Positions 19,770-29,709 of a DNA stretch of 64,000 nt are shown piece after piece. The position numbers were made by a program, and so were the translations under genes. The stretch is from Acidobacteriota bacterium (GTDB taxonomy: Bacteria > Acidobacteriota > UBA890 > WLXD01): contig CAXWPL010000001.1 of the NCBI GenBank assembly GCA_963666215.2, positions 64,001 through 128,000 on the forward strand. The letters run 5' to 3'. The notes under the pieces are model-generated. The model worked only from the letters and a program-made list of their open reading frames with translations, did not search any database and was not told the DNA's origin. Numbering within the stretch: position 1 is the stretch's first letter; every line of letters starts with the position of its first letter.

Positions 19770-21188
19770 TTATACCTGGCTGCACGCCGCCGCGACTTCA
19801 TTGGCCTCGCCAGGGAGCAGGGTCCGTACCTCGATCACCACCCGATCATCGACAATGCGGGTGAGCACGGCTGGCTGTTGGGCTCGCAAGCGCGCCGCCA
19901 GGCTGTCGGCTGAAAGATCGCCGCTCAGGGCCACCCCGAAAGACGGGAGCCCAACCTCCGGCGCCGCTCCCCCGCCCGCCTGGCTTTGCGTGGCAACGAC
20001 CTCGGCACCCAGATCGGGGCACGCCGTCCCTATCCGCTTCGCCAGCGCGCACGCACGCTCGTGCACCTGATCGGCGGTCGCCATCAGCATTGCGACAGCG
20101 GGAATTCCTTCGTACCTGCCAGCGACGTACTCGAGAAGAGTCGCCTCGAGTGCCAGCAGTGACGCGCGGTCGAGCCGCATGGCTCGGAAAAGCGGGTTCC
20201 GCCGCACCTGTGCAACCAGGTGGCGCTTACCAGCAACGAAACCCGCCTGAGGGCCGCCGAGAAGCTTGTCGCCCGAGAACGTGACGAGGTCCAGCCCCTC
20301 GGCGAGCCTGCTTCCCACCGTGGGCTCGTCGATCCCGAAGTCAGCAAGATCCACGAGACTGCCGCTGCCAAGGTCCTCGACCACGGGAATGTCGTGCTCG
20401 GCGCCGAGAGCCACGAGCTCTGCGACATCGGCCTCTTCGGTAAAACCCACGAGCCGGTAGTTGGAAGGATGCACCGCCAGCAGCATGCCGGTTTCAGGGC
20501 CGATCGCGGCGCGGAAATCGTCGACGCGCGTACGATTCGTGGTGCCGACCTCACGCAGTCGGCAGCCTCCTTTGGCCATGACATCTGGAATGCGGAAAGA
20601 GCCACCGATCTCCACCAACTGACCACGCGAGACGATGACCTCCCTACCCTCGGCCAACGTGTTCAGCACCAGAAGCACAGCGGCAGCGTTGTTGTTCACG
20701 GCGACGGCGGCCGATCCCGGCAGCAACTGCTCCAGAGGCCGGCTGAGCACCACGTCGCGATCGCCTCGGCGACCGCTTTCGAGATCGAGCTCGAGATTCA
20801 AGTAGCCACGCGCCAGGCTCGACACCCGCTCGGCGGCGGCGGCGCACCACGGAGAGCGACCCAGGTTGGTATGAACAACGATCCCCGTGGCGTTGATGAC
20901 GCGCTGCAGATGCGGCGCCAACAGGCGCTCGGCAACGTCGATGACACCGGCGGCGTGACTCGCCAGATCCGCCAGATCCGTGCAATGCGCCTGATGCGCG
21001 AGGGCCGCCGGTGTCTCGCCCTCCGCGATGGCCGCACGCAGCCGATCGAGGTACGCGTTGACGGCGCCGCGCAGGAAGTCTCTACCGACCTGCCGTCGCG
21101 TCGACCAGTCGATCAGCGGCGGCGCGTCGAGCAGAGCGTCCACCGACGGCAACCTTCGGTACAGCGCCGCCAGATTGCTCGCGTTCAT
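19770..21188 (-). CDS. selA: L-seryl-tRNA(Sec) selenium transferase
   Basis: RRLPSVD, VINATGIVVHTNLGR, VNNNAAA, SRGQLVEIGGSFRIPDVM, EVGTTNRT, EDLGSG, FSGDKLLGGPQAG (PLP lysine). Confidence 0.97.
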   Translation of the reverse strand: MNASNLAALYRRLPSVDALLDAPPLIDWSTRRQVGRDFLRGAVNAYLDRLRAAIAEGETPAALAHQAHCTDLADLASHAAGVIDVAERLLAPHLQRVINATGIVVHTNLGRSPWCAAAAERVSSLARGYLNLELDLESGRRGDRDVVLSRPLEQLLPGSAAVAVNNNAAAVLLVLNTLAEGREVIVSRGQLVEIGGSFRIPDVMAKGGCRLREVGTTNRTRVDDFRAAIGPETGMLLAVHPSNYRLVGFTEEADVAELVALGAEHDIPVVEDLGSGSLVDLADFGIDEPTVGSRLAEGLDLVTFSGDKLLGGPQAGFVAGKRHLVAQVRRNPLFRAMRLDRASLLALEATLLEYVAGRYEGIPAVAMLMATADQVHERACALAKRIGTACPDLGAEVVATQSQAGGGAAPEVGLPSFGVALSGDLSADSLAARLRAQQPAVLTRIVDDRVVIEVRTLLPGEANEVAAACSQV

Positions 21189-21277
21189 CGAGGGAGCGCA
21201 GGGTTGGCCGCCGAGGTCCCTTGCCGGGCCGGGCCACCGTCACTACGATGGAGCAGCCTTTCCACGAGCAGATTTGA

Positions 21278-21667
21278 ATGACGATGGCCAACGCCGACAA
21301 AATGCGTGACGCTGCCCTGCTCGACGGGCTGGACGAGGAGACGGCACGACTGCTGTTTCCCGAGCGCTTTTCTCGCGAAATCGTCGTGACCTTCGTCTAC
21401 CCGGCACCGACGGCCAAGGAATCGGCCGGCTTCGCTGAAATGACGCGACACGCTCGCACAGAACAGGTGCGCGATCCTGAGCGTCCCGGGCGACCACTGG
21501 TCGAGCGAGCCTCGTTCGACCTGGCTGCCGTCGAGAGCATGCATGCGCTCTACTCCTTCCTGGAGGAAAACGCCGAACCGGACGAGGTCGAGATCCGGGT
21601 CGGGAATCGAAGTCTGCCGCTGGTGCGCGAGCTGTGGCTGCCGCTCCTTTGGCTGCTGCGGTCGTAG
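21278..21667 (+). CDS. Hypothetical protein (129 aa) between selA and the nuo operon
   Basis: Protein-like ORF, divergent from selA, ending in RELWLPLLWLL. Confidence 0.65.
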   Translation: MTMANADKMRDAALLDGLDEETARLLFPERFSREIVVTFVYPAPTAKESAGFAEMTRHARTEQVRDPERPGRPLVERASFDLAAVESMHALYSFLEENAEPDEVEIRVGNRSLPLVRELWLPLLWLLRS

Positions 21668-21817
21668 CGCCCGTGCCGGCCGTCGCGCCGAGCACCTGAA
21701 AGGATACAGGCGCGCGCCAGTCTCACCGACCGGGGCTGCCGACGATCGTTTTTGGACAGCGATGTCGCCGCACGCCACCGGCCGCCGCCTCCGCCTGGCC
21801 CGATCGATGTCGACGGT

Positions 21818-21846
21818 TTGACACCCTCAGAGGGCTGGGATAGAAA
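21818..21846 (+). promoter_or_regulatory. Putative sigma70 promoter of the nuo operon
   Basis: TTGACA, 17 bp spacer, TAGAAA; about 140 bp upstream of nuoA. Confidence 0.6.
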
Positions 21847-21984
21847 CCTCGTGACAATCGGCTAGCAGGCCGGTTGGAGCCGCATCCCGCCCCATCATCG
21901 CATCCTCGTTCACGGTGCGAGGTGGCCCGAGTCGAACAACACCGCAAGCAGAGTACGCGGTAACTACGCGCCCAAGACACACTT

Positions 21985-22341
21985 ATGGTCGTCTATCTCC
22001 CGATAGCCATCTTCTTTTTGATCGCCATCGTTTTCGCCGCGCTGCCGCTGGTTATCGGGCCGCTGATCCGGCCGACGCCGATTCCCACCGAGGGCAAGTT
22101 GGCTGCCTACGAGTGCGGTGTGGAGCCGTCGCGCGACGCGCGCCAGCGTTTCTCGGTTCGGTTCTATATTGTCGCCATGCTCTTCCTGATTTTCGACGTG
22201 GAAACTGTCTTCTTGTTCCCCTGGGCCGTGCAATTCCGCAGCCTCGCGCTCTTCGGCTTCATCGAGATGCTGATCTTCCTCGCCATCCTCATCGTCGGCT
22301 ACGTCTACGCCTGGAAACGCGGGGCACTCGAATGGGTCTAG
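21985..22341 (+). CDS. nuoA: NADH-quinone oxidoreductase subunit A
   Basis: [24 protein letters not shown]. Confidence 0.97.
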   Translation: MVVYLPIAIFFLIAIVFAALPLVIGPLIRPTPIPTEGKLAAYECGVEPSRDARQRFSVRFYIVAMLFLIFDVETVFLFPWAVQFRSLALFGFIEMLIFLAILIVGYVYAWKRGALEWV

Positions 22342-22811
22342 TCGAACACTCGCTTCCCGACAACGTTCTGACGACTTCGGTCGACGGCATCATCAACTGG
22401 GCGCGCAAATCGGCCATCTGGCCTCTGACCTTCGGGCTCGCCTGCTGCGCCATCGAGATGATCGTCACAACGTGCTCGCGCTTCGACATGGCGCGATACG
22501 GTGCCGAGGTCTTCCGGGCGACCCCCAGACAAGCCGACCTGATGATCGTTGCGGGCACCGTAACGCTGAAGATGGCGCCGGTCATCAAACGACTGTACGA
22601 CCAGATGCCGGACCCGAAATGGGTGATCTCGATGGGTTCCTGCGCCACCTGTGGCGGCCCCTATCCGACCTACAGCGTGCTTCAGGGAGTCGACCGCATC
22701 GTCCCTGTCGACGTCTACGTGCCAGGCTGCCCGCCGCGGCCCGAGGCACTTCTCTACGGCCTGCTGCGTCTGCAAGACAAGATCGACGAAATGCGGGTGC
22801 TGCGGAAATAA
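22332..22811 (+). CDS. nuoB: NADH-quinone oxidoreductase subunit B
   Basis: [34 protein letters not shown]; start re-called at ATG 22332. Confidence 0.97.
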   Translation: MGLVEHSLPDNVLTTSVDGIINWARKSAIWPLTFGLACCAIEMIVTTCSRFDMARYGAEVFRATPRQADLMIVAGTVTLKMAPVIKRLYDQMPDPKWVISMGSCATCGGPYPTYSVLQGVDRIVPVDVYVPGCPPRPEALLYGLLRLQDKIDEMRVLRK

Positions 22812-22856
22812 TCGGGTCGCAACAAGCATCAGGCCGGTTGCCCGGCGAAAGCACAC

Positions 22857-23819
22857 ATGAGCGAAGAAACACCACAGAACGGCGACCATTCGCCTGAGCG
22901 CCCAGACGAGGGCGAAGGCGCCGAGATCGCAGCTCACGCTTCTCCGGAGCCGGAGAGCGCCGCGACGCCTGAAGCCTCTGCAGCGCCCACCGAGCAAACG
23001 GCGCCTGAGCCTACGGCTGAAGAGAAGCCAGAACCGGTCGCTGTGGAAGCCGCTCCAGCGGCCGACGGTGCGCCTGCGACCGGTAGCGCGCCTGCGGCCG
23101 ACGCTGCGCCCAAGCCGGCTCCCCCGAAGCCAAAGCCCGAGCCGGAACCCGAGCCGGAGCCCGAGCCCAGCCCGATCGTTGTTGCGCTTACCGGAGCGTT
23201 CCCCAGCGCCGTACAGGTCGAAGGCGAAGACCAGGAGGCCGTCCCGATCGTTCGAACGGACGCCGACAATCTGGTTGAGGTCATGACCTGGCTGCGCGAC
23301 GACCCCGAGCAACGCTTCGACTACCTTGCCAATCTCACGGCGATCGACTGGACCGAGCGCGAGCCGCGGTTCGACATGGTCTACAACCTCTACTCGATCA
23401 GCCACCGCCACCGTCTCACGGTGAAGTGCGGCTGTGCCGACGGCGAGGGTGTACCAACGATGTGCGACGTCTGGCGAGGCGCCGACTGGATCGAGCGCGA
23501 GACCTACGATCTTTACGGCATCGAGTTCCTCGGACATCCCGACCTGCGGCGCATCTTCCTTTCGGACGACTGGGAGGGCTTCCCGCTGCGCAAGGACTAC
23601 CCGCTCGAAGGTCCCAACCTCGAACTGCTGACGCGTCAGCAGGCGGCGTTCCGCGGCGGGCGCTTCGACCGCATCCGTGGTGAGCACGAGATCAACGAGC
23701 AGGAACGCCAAATGGCCGGCCCGGGCATTGTCGGCGCCCTCTGGACGCCAACGCCACCGACGATGGAAGAGGTGGAAAGCGATGACACGGAGTCGGCAAC
23801 CGACACGACTGGGGACTGA
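22857..23819 (+). CDS. nuoC: NADH-quinone oxidoreductase subunit C with long acidic/Pro-rich N-terminal extension
   Basis: ERETYDLYGIEFLGHPDLRRI, PLRKDYP. Confidence 0.95.
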   Translation: MSEETPQNGDHSPERPDEGEGAEIAAHASPEPESAATPEASAAPTEQTAPEPTAEEKPEPVAVEAAPAADGAPATGSAPAADAAPKPAPPKPKPEPEPEPEPEPSPIVVALTGAFPSAVQVEGEDQEAVPIVRTDADNLVEVMTWLRDDPEQRFDYLANLTAIDWTEREPRFDMVYNLYSISHRHRLTVKCGCADGEGVPTMCDVWRGADWIERETYDLYGIEFLGHPDLRRIFLSDDWEGFPLRKDYPLEGPNLELLTRQQAAFRGGRFDRIRGEHEINEQERQMAGPGIVGALWTPTPPTMEEVESDDTESATDTTGD

Positions 23820-23926
23820 CTCCAAGCAATTCCTGGGACAGCAAGCAAGACGCTCACGCACACGATCTAGAGAACTAGCGCGAACGGATTAGCGCGAACC
23901 GGAACCGCAGGGCAAACAAGCCGAAC

Positions 23927-25030
23927 ATGCTGGAAACCAAAGAGTTCGAGCTCAACATGGGCCCGCAGCACCCGTCGACGCACGGCGTGCTGCGCCTGGT
24001 GTTGTATCTGGATGGCGAGACCATCACCGACTGCGAGACGGTGATCGGCTACCTGCATCGGGGCACCGAGAAGCTCTGCGAAACACGCAACTACTACCAG
24101 AACGTTCCGTTCACCGACCGCACCGACTATCTCGCAGCGCCGAATAACAACCTCGGCTACGTCGAAGCCGTCGAATCGCTGGGCGGCTACGAGGTACCGG
24201 AACGCGCCCTCTTTGCCCGCACGGCGATTGTCGAGCTGTCGCGCATCGCCAGTCACCTTTTCTGGCTGGCTACCCATGCGCTCGACATCGGTGCGCAGAC
24301 GATGTTGTTCTGGTGCACCCGCGAGCGTGAGGTCATTCTCGATTTCTTCGAAGCGGCCCTCGGCGACCGGCTGACCACATCGGCGTTCCGGCCCGGCGGC
24401 TTGCGGCGTGAGCTGCCTGCCGGCTGGGTAGAGGCGGTACGCGACTTCTGCAGCTCCTTCCCGGCGCGCATCGACGAGTACGAGACGCTGCTGACGGAGA
24501 ATCGCATCTGGCTCGGGCGCACCGTCGGCGTTGGCGTGATCAGCGGCCCCGACGCGATTGCCTTTGGCCTGTCCGGACCGATGATTCGCGGCTCCGGCGT
24601 CCCCTACGACATCCGCAAGGACCTTCCCTACGCCGCCTACGACCAGGTGGACTTCGACATCGCGGTTTTCGAGGACGGCGACACGTACGCCCGCTACCTC
24701 GTGCGCATGGAAGAGATGCGGCAGTCGGTGCACATCATCCAGCAGTGCCTCGACAAGATGCCCGCTGAGGGCAAGATCGTTGGCAAGGTGCCGAAGAGCA
24801 TGCGCATCCCGGCAGGTCGCGAGGTCTACCACGTCATTGAGTCGCCGCGCGGCGAGATGGGCTACTACATGATCGCCAGCGGTGGCGACACTCCCTACAA
24901 ATGCAAGATCCGATCGCCCTCCTTCTGCAATCTGCAATGCATCCGTGAGTTGTCGCGCGGCCACCTGATTGCCGACGTGGTTACCCTCATCGGGACCATC
25001 GACATCGTCCTCGGAGACGTTGATCGATGA
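23927..25030 (+). CDS. nuoD: NADH-quinone oxidoreductase subunit D
   Basis: LNMGPQHPSTHGVLRL, IGYLHRGTEK, ESPRGE, DIVLGDVDR; no NiFe CxxC motifs. Confidence 0.97.
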   Translation: MLETKEFELNMGPQHPSTHGVLRLVLYLDGETITDCETVIGYLHRGTEKLCETRNYYQNVPFTDRTDYLAAPNNNLGYVEAVESLGGYEVPERALFARTAIVELSRIASHLFWLATHALDIGAQTMLFWCTREREVILDFFEAALGDRLTTSAFRPGGLRRELPAGWVEAVRDFCSSFPARIDEYETLLTENRIWLGRTVGVGVISGPDAIAFGLSGPMIRGSGVPYDIRKDLPYAAYDQVDFDIAVFEDGDTYARYLVRMEEMRQSVHIIQQCLDKMPAEGKIVGKVPKSMRIPAGREVYHVIESPRGEMGYYMIASGGDTPYKCKIRSPSFCNLQCIRELSRGHLIADVVTLIGTIDIVLGDVDR

Positions 25031-26061
25031 GCGATTTCACGATCATCAATGTCCTCATCCCGGCCGCCCAGATCGGGGTCATTCTGGGAATCCTCGGGCT
25101 GGCCATTGGCTATATCGTTCTCGCCGAGCGCAAGATCCTCGCCTTCATGCAGAGCCGCCTCGGCCCGATGCGCGTGGGACCACATGGGCTCCTGCAGCCG
25201 ATCGCCGACACGATCAAGCTCCTCTTCAAGGAGGACATCATCCCTGGTGGTGTCGACCGGTTCATCTTCAGGATCTCGCCCATCATCGTCGTGGTGGCCG
25301 CGTTCACCACACTGACGCTCGTACCCTGGGCTCGCGGGACGACTCTTTTCGGATATCAGATCCCAGGTGCGATCGCCGATGTGAACGTCGGGATTCTGCT
25401 GATCCTGGGCATCGGCGGTCTGACGACCTACGGCGTCATCCTGGCGGGCTGGTCGAGCAACTCGAAGTACCCACTGCTGGGCGCGCTTCGTGCCGCAGCG
25501 CAGATGGTGTCGTACGAGATCGCGCTCACGTTCGCGGTGCTCTCCGGGCTGATGGTGGCCGGAACGTTATCGATGGTGGGCATCGTCGAGGCCCAGCGCG
25601 ACATGGGCGTTTGGTTCGTCTTCCTGCAGCCGGTTGCCTGGGGCATCTTCACCATCTCGATGGTCGCCGAAACCAACCGGCCACCGTTCGACATGCCGGA
25701 GGCCGAGTCGGAGCTTGTAGGCGGCTTCTTCACCGAGTACTCCGGGATGCGCTGGTCGCTGTTCTTCCTCGGTGAGTACACGGCGATGATCGTGATGTCG
25801 GCCGTCAACATCACGATCTTCTGGGGCGGCTGGATGCGACCGTTCCCAAACGTCGAAGCGCTGGCCTTCCTCGATATCGTGCCGCCGGTTGCCTGGTTCC
25901 TGTTCAAGCTCACAAGCTGGATCTTCTTCTACATCTGGATCCGGGGCACGTTCCCGCGTTACCGCTACGACCAGCTGATGAATCTCGGCTGGAAGTCGCT
26001 GATCCCGCTCTCGATCGCCAACCTACTCATCACGGGACTCGTGATGATTCTCCTGAGCTAG
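25027..26061 (+). CDS. nuoH: NADH-quinone oxidoreductase subunit H
   Basis: ERK..MQSRLGP, GLLQPIADTIKL, ETNRPPFDMPEAESELV, PRYRYDQLM. Confidence 0.97.
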   Translation: MSDFTIINVLIPAAQIGVILGILGLAIGYIVLAERKILAFMQSRLGPMRVGPHGLLQPIADTIKLLFKEDIIPGGVDRFIFRISPIIVVVAAFTTLTLVPWARGTTLFGYQIPGAIADVNVGILLILGIGGLTTYGVILAGWSSNSKYPLLGALRAAAQMVSYEIALTFAVLSGLMVAGTLSMVGIVEAQRDMGVWFVFLQPVAWGIFTISMVAETNRPPFDMPEAESELVGGFFTEYSGMRWSLFFLGEYTAMIVMSAVNITIFWGGWMRPFPNVEALAFLDIVPPVAWFLFKLTSWIFFYIWIRGTFPRYRYDQLMNLGWKSLIPLSIANLLITGLVMILLS

Positions 26062-26090
26062 CTCTCCCTGATCTCCAAAGTCTCGCAACC

Positions 26091-26543
26091 ATGCCCGCAC
26101 CGAAAAAAGGTCTCCTGACCCGGTTCCTCCTGCTCGAGCTACTCAAAGGCATGTGGCTCACGCTGCGCTACACCTTCCGGCCGAAGGTGACTGTGCAGTA
26201 CCCACTCGAGCGCGAGGCGGTTCATCCGAACTACCGCGGCATCCTGCGGGTAGACGAGTCGCTCTGCATCGCCTGCTACCTGTGCGAGAAGATCTGCCCG
26301 GACAACTGCATCCACCTCGACGGTGAGCGTGGCTACGGCAAGGGCAAGGGCGGCAAGTACGCGACCTACTTCTATATTGACCACGCACGCTGCCTCTTCT
26401 GTGGGCTATGCGAAGAGGTCTGCCCCGTCGACTCGATCTACCACAGCAACGAGTTCGAGGCCGCGGTCTACAACCGCGCCGATTCGATCCACGACCTGAA
26501 GATCCTGCACTCCGGTCACAACATCGTTCACTACGAGCGCTGA
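26091..26543 (+). CDS. nuoI: NADH-quinone oxidoreductase subunit I
   Basis: TVQYP; two 4Fe-4S motifs CIACYLCEKICP and CLFCGLCEEVCP. Confidence 0.95.
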   Translation: MPAPKKGLLTRFLLLELLKGMWLTLRYTFRPKVTVQYPLEREAVHPNYRGILRVDESLCIACYLCEKICPDNCIHLDGERGYGKGKGGKYATYFYIDHARCLFCGLCEEVCPVDSIYHSNEFEAAVYNRADSIHDLKILHSGHNIVHYER

Positions 26544-26552
26544 GTTAAGCCG

Positions 26553-27065
26553 TTGGAAAGCCTCGCCTTCTACATCCTCGCCGGAATCATCCTGGTCAGC
26601 GCCGTGCTGATGGTGACGAGCCGCAACATGGTGCACTCCATCGTCTACATGGTGATCTCGTTCATCGCCGTCGGAGCCCTCTTCTTCCAGTTGCAGGCCG
26701 AGTTCGTTGGCGCGGTTCAGATTCTTGTGTACGCCGGCGGAATCGTCGTGCTGTTCCTCTTCGTGATCATGCTGGTGAACGTCGGCGAGGTCATGCAGCT
26801 GGACTACCTGCATACCCAATGGCTGCCGGCGACGCTGCTGATGCTCGTGGTTGTGGCGGAAGTCGGCTTCCTCGTTTGGGGCAACGGTGGAGCGCTTCAG
26901 GCCTCGCCGGCCGAGGCCGGCGCCGTTGTTCGAGCGCTCGGCGGCAACACCGAGACCGTCGGCATGACGCTCTATACCGACTACCTACTGCCGTTCGAGA
27001 TCGCTTCGGTGCTGTTGCTGGTTGCGATGGTCGGGGCGATCTACCTGGCCAAGAAGGAAGCCTGA
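26553..27065 (+). CDS. nuoJ: NADH-quinone oxidoreductase subunit J
   Basis: QILVYAGGIVVLFLFVIML, PFEIASVLLLVAMVGA; TTG start. Confidence 0.95.
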   Translation: MESLAFYILAGIILVSAVLMVTSRNMVHSIVYMVISFIAVGALFFQLQAEFVGAVQILVYAGGIVVLFLFVIMLVNVGEVMQLDYLHTQWLPATLLMLVVVAEVGFLVWGNGGALQASPAEAGAVVRALGGNTETVGMTLYTDYLLPFEIASVLLLVAMVGAIYLAKKEA

Positions 27066-27069
27066 GGCG

Positions 27070-27378
27070 ATGGGAACTCTGGGGCTAGAACACTACCTGC
27101 TGCTCTCGGCACTGCTGTTCGGCATCGGTGTCATCGGCGTGCTCGTGCGCCGCAACGTCATCATGGTGCTGATGTGCCTCGAGCTAATCTTCAACGCCGC
27201 CAACATCAACCTGGTGGCGGTGTCGCGCTTCCGTCCCGATCTCGCCGGACAGATCTTCACGATCTTCACGATTACGGTGGCTGCCGCCGAGGCAGCGATC
27301 GGGCTTGGCCTGGTGATCGCGCTCTATCGCCACGTACAGACCGTCAACGTGGACGAAATCCACGTCCTCCGCGGATAG
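27070..27378 (+). CDS. nuoK: NADH-quinone oxidoreductase subunit K
   Basis: RRN..LMCLEL, VAAAEAAIGL; start re-called at ATG 27070. Confidence 0.95.
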   Translation: MGTLGLEHYLLLSALLFGIGVIGVLVRRNVIMVLMCLELIFNAANINLVAVSRFRPDLAGQIFTIFTITVAAAEAAIGLGLVIALYRHVQTVNVDEIHVLRG

Positions 27379-27387
27379 GAACCCAAC

Positions 27388-29604
27388 GTGATCGATCTCT
27401 TCTGGCTGATCCCGCTGGTGCCGCTCGTTGGCGTTGTTATCAACGGGCTCTTCGCCAAGCGTTTCATCGGCTCCGAGAACTTCACCGGCTGGCTCGCCAG
27501 CGGACTGATGCTGATTGCGTTCTTCATCGGAGCCGGCGCCTTCCTCGGGCTTGCCGAGCTGCCGCCAGAGCAACGGCACATCGAGATCGAGCTGTACGAC
27601 TGGATCCCCGCCGGGCTGGCTCACATGAACACGGCTGACGCGGGCGTCGAGTCGGCGCGCTTCACGATCCCGTTCGGGTTCCAGCTCGACCCGTTGTCGG
27701 CCTTGATGGTGCTCATCATAACGGGCGTCGGCTTCCTGATTCACGTGTACGCCATAGGCTACATGAAGCACGATCCGCCCGACCCGGGGTTCTATCGCTT
27801 CTTCACCTACCTGAACCTCTTCGCCTCCTTCATGCTCATCCTCGTGTTGGGCAATTCCTACGCCATGATGTTCATTGGCTGGGAAGGCGTGGGGCTCTGC
27901 TCCTATCTGCTGATCGGCTACTACTACACCAAGAAGTCCGCCGGCGACGCCGGCAAGAAGGCGTTCGTGGCCAACCGCGTCGGCGACGCGGCCTTCCTGC
28001 TGGCGATGTTCGCGACCTTCTTCACCTTCGGCACGCTCGACTACGACGGCGTGTTCGCGGGCGCCGCCCAGCATTACGAAGTCGGCGCTCCGCTGATCAC
28101 GATGATCACGCTGCTGTGGTTCATCGGGGCCACGGGAAAGAGCGCTCAGATCCCGCTATTCGTCTGGCTCCCCGACGCGATGGAGGGTCCGACCCCTGTG
28201 TCGGCGCTGATCCACGCGGCGACGATGGTGACCGCCGGCGTCTACATGGTGGTGCGCTCGAACGTCCTCTACTCGCTGTCGCCCTTCACGATGACCGTCG
28301 TAGCCGTCATCGGAGCCGCTACGGCATTGATGGCCGCCACCATCGCGATGGTGCAAAACGACATCAAGCGCGTGCTCGCCTACTCGACGATCAGCCAGCT
28401 CGGCTACATGTTCCTGGCCTGCGGCGTGGGCGCCTACGCCGTTGGCGTGTTCCACCTGATGACGCACGCGTTCTTCAAGGCTCTGCTGTTCATGGCCGCT
28501 GGCTCGGTGATGCACGCGCTGCATGGCGAGCTCGACATGTGGAAGATGGGCAACGTCCGCAAGTACATGCCGATCACCCACAGGACCTTCATGGTGGGCA
28601 CGTTGGCGATCGCGGGCGTGCCCGGACTCGCCGGTTTCTTCTCCAAGGACGAGATCCTCTGGTACGCCTGGTCGGGCCCGAACGGGCACCCGCTTCTATG
28701 GGCGGTGGGAACACTGGTGGCAGGACTGACCGCCTTCTACATGATGCGCATGTTCCTCGTGACCTTCTACGGCGAGTCGCGCATGGACCCGCACGTGGAG
28801 TCGCACGCGCACGAGAATCCGCCGATGATGACCTATCCGCTGATCGTGCTGGCGATCCTGTCGGTGCTCGGAGGCTACGTCGGCATTCCGGCCAACCTAC
28901 GTATCGGTCCTCTGGCAACGCTACACAACAACTTCGATCTCATGACCTGGCTGGAGCCGGTTGCCGGCGGGCACGCTGGGGCGGGCGGTGGCGATCAGGC
29001 CGAGGCGGACACCGAGGAGCATGCGGCGATCGAGTCGGTGCCCCTGGATGACGTTGGGTTCGCACGGGTTGCCGAAGTCATCCCTGCCGAGGTCGCACTC
29101 GCGCCTGTGCTGCAAGACGAGGAGCACGCCGAAGACCATACGGCGCTCGAGTGGACGTTGATGCTCATCTCGGTGGCAGTCGCGCTGGCAGGCATGGGGC
29201 TGGCCTACGTCATCTACATCGGCAACCCGAAGATGGCGACCACGTTGCAGCAACGCTTTTCTGGCCTTCACAGGCTGCTGTTCAACAAGTACAAGGTCGA
29301 CGAGCTCTACGACGCCCTGTTCATCAACCGCGCCAAGGACCTCGGCGTCGGGCTCTGGGCCTTCGATGACGGCGTCGTGGATGGAGTGGTAAATGGCGCC
29401 GCCAGCTCAACGATGCAGGCCGCCGACGCCAGCACCGAGTTCGATGAACGCGTCGTCGACGGCGCGGTCAACGGCGTTGGCTACACCCTGTGGTCGGGCT
29501 CCGGCGGCTTGCGTGCGCTACAGACCGGCTTCGTACAGAACTACGCGTTGATCATCGTGATCGGCATGGTTGCGCTCCTGAGCGCGTACTTCTTCGGTTT
29601 CTAG
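27388..29604 (+). CDS. nuoL: NADH-quinone oxidoreductase subunit L
   Basis: GWEGVGLCSYLLIG, GKSAQIPL..WLPDAMEGPTPVSALIHAATMV, HAFFKALLF. Confidence 0.97.
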   Translation: MIDLFWLIPLVPLVGVVINGLFAKRFIGSENFTGWLASGLMLIAFFIGAGAFLGLAELPPEQRHIEIELYDWIPAGLAHMNTADAGVESARFTIPFGFQLDPLSALMVLIITGVGFLIHVYAIGYMKHDPPDPGFYRFFTYLNLFASFMLILVLGNSYAMMFIGWEGVGLCSYLLIGYYYTKKSAGDAGKKAFVANRVGDAAFLLAMFATFFTFGTLDYDGVFAGAAQHYEVGAPLITMITLLWFIGATGKSAQIPLFVWLPDAMEGPTPVSALIHAATMVTAGVYMVVRSNVLYSLSPFTMTVVAVIGAATALMAATIAMVQNDIKRVLAYSTISQLGYMFLACGVGAYAVGVFHLMTHAFFKALLFMAAGSVMHALHGELDMWKMGNVRKYMPITHRTFMVGTLAIAGVPGLAGFFSKDEILWYAWSGPNGHPLLWAVGTLVAGLTAFYMMRMFLVTFYGESRMDPHVESHAHENPPMMTYPLIVLAILSVLGGYVGIPANLRIGPLATLHNNFDLMTWLEPVAGGHAGAGGGDQAEADTEEHAAIESVPLDDVGFARVAEVIPAEVALAPVLQDEEHAEDHTALEWTLMLISVAVALAGMGLAYVIYIGNPKMATTLQQRFSGLHRLLFNKYKVDELYDALFINRAKDLGVGLWAFDDGVVDGVVNGAASSTMQAADASTEFDERVVDGAVNGVGYTLWSGSGGLRALQTGFVQNYALIIVIGMVALLSAYFFGF

Positions 29605-29709
29605 GAAGAGCCCACGGATTTCTGGAAAGAGCCAACACCAACTTCCACCGCGATCTAGACGAACATTCTGCGAGATCTATCTGTGATGAGTAACGAGGAG
29701 CGCTAGGCG

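Noticed and set aside
23927-25030. Group 4 NiFe hydrogenase large subunit
   Set aside because: No CxxC nickel-binding motifs; canonical NuoD termini.
29605-29709. Structured RNA or small gene between nuoL and nuoM (also 23820-23926)
   Set aside because: Only short imperfect repeats; no convincing fold, RBS or ORF.
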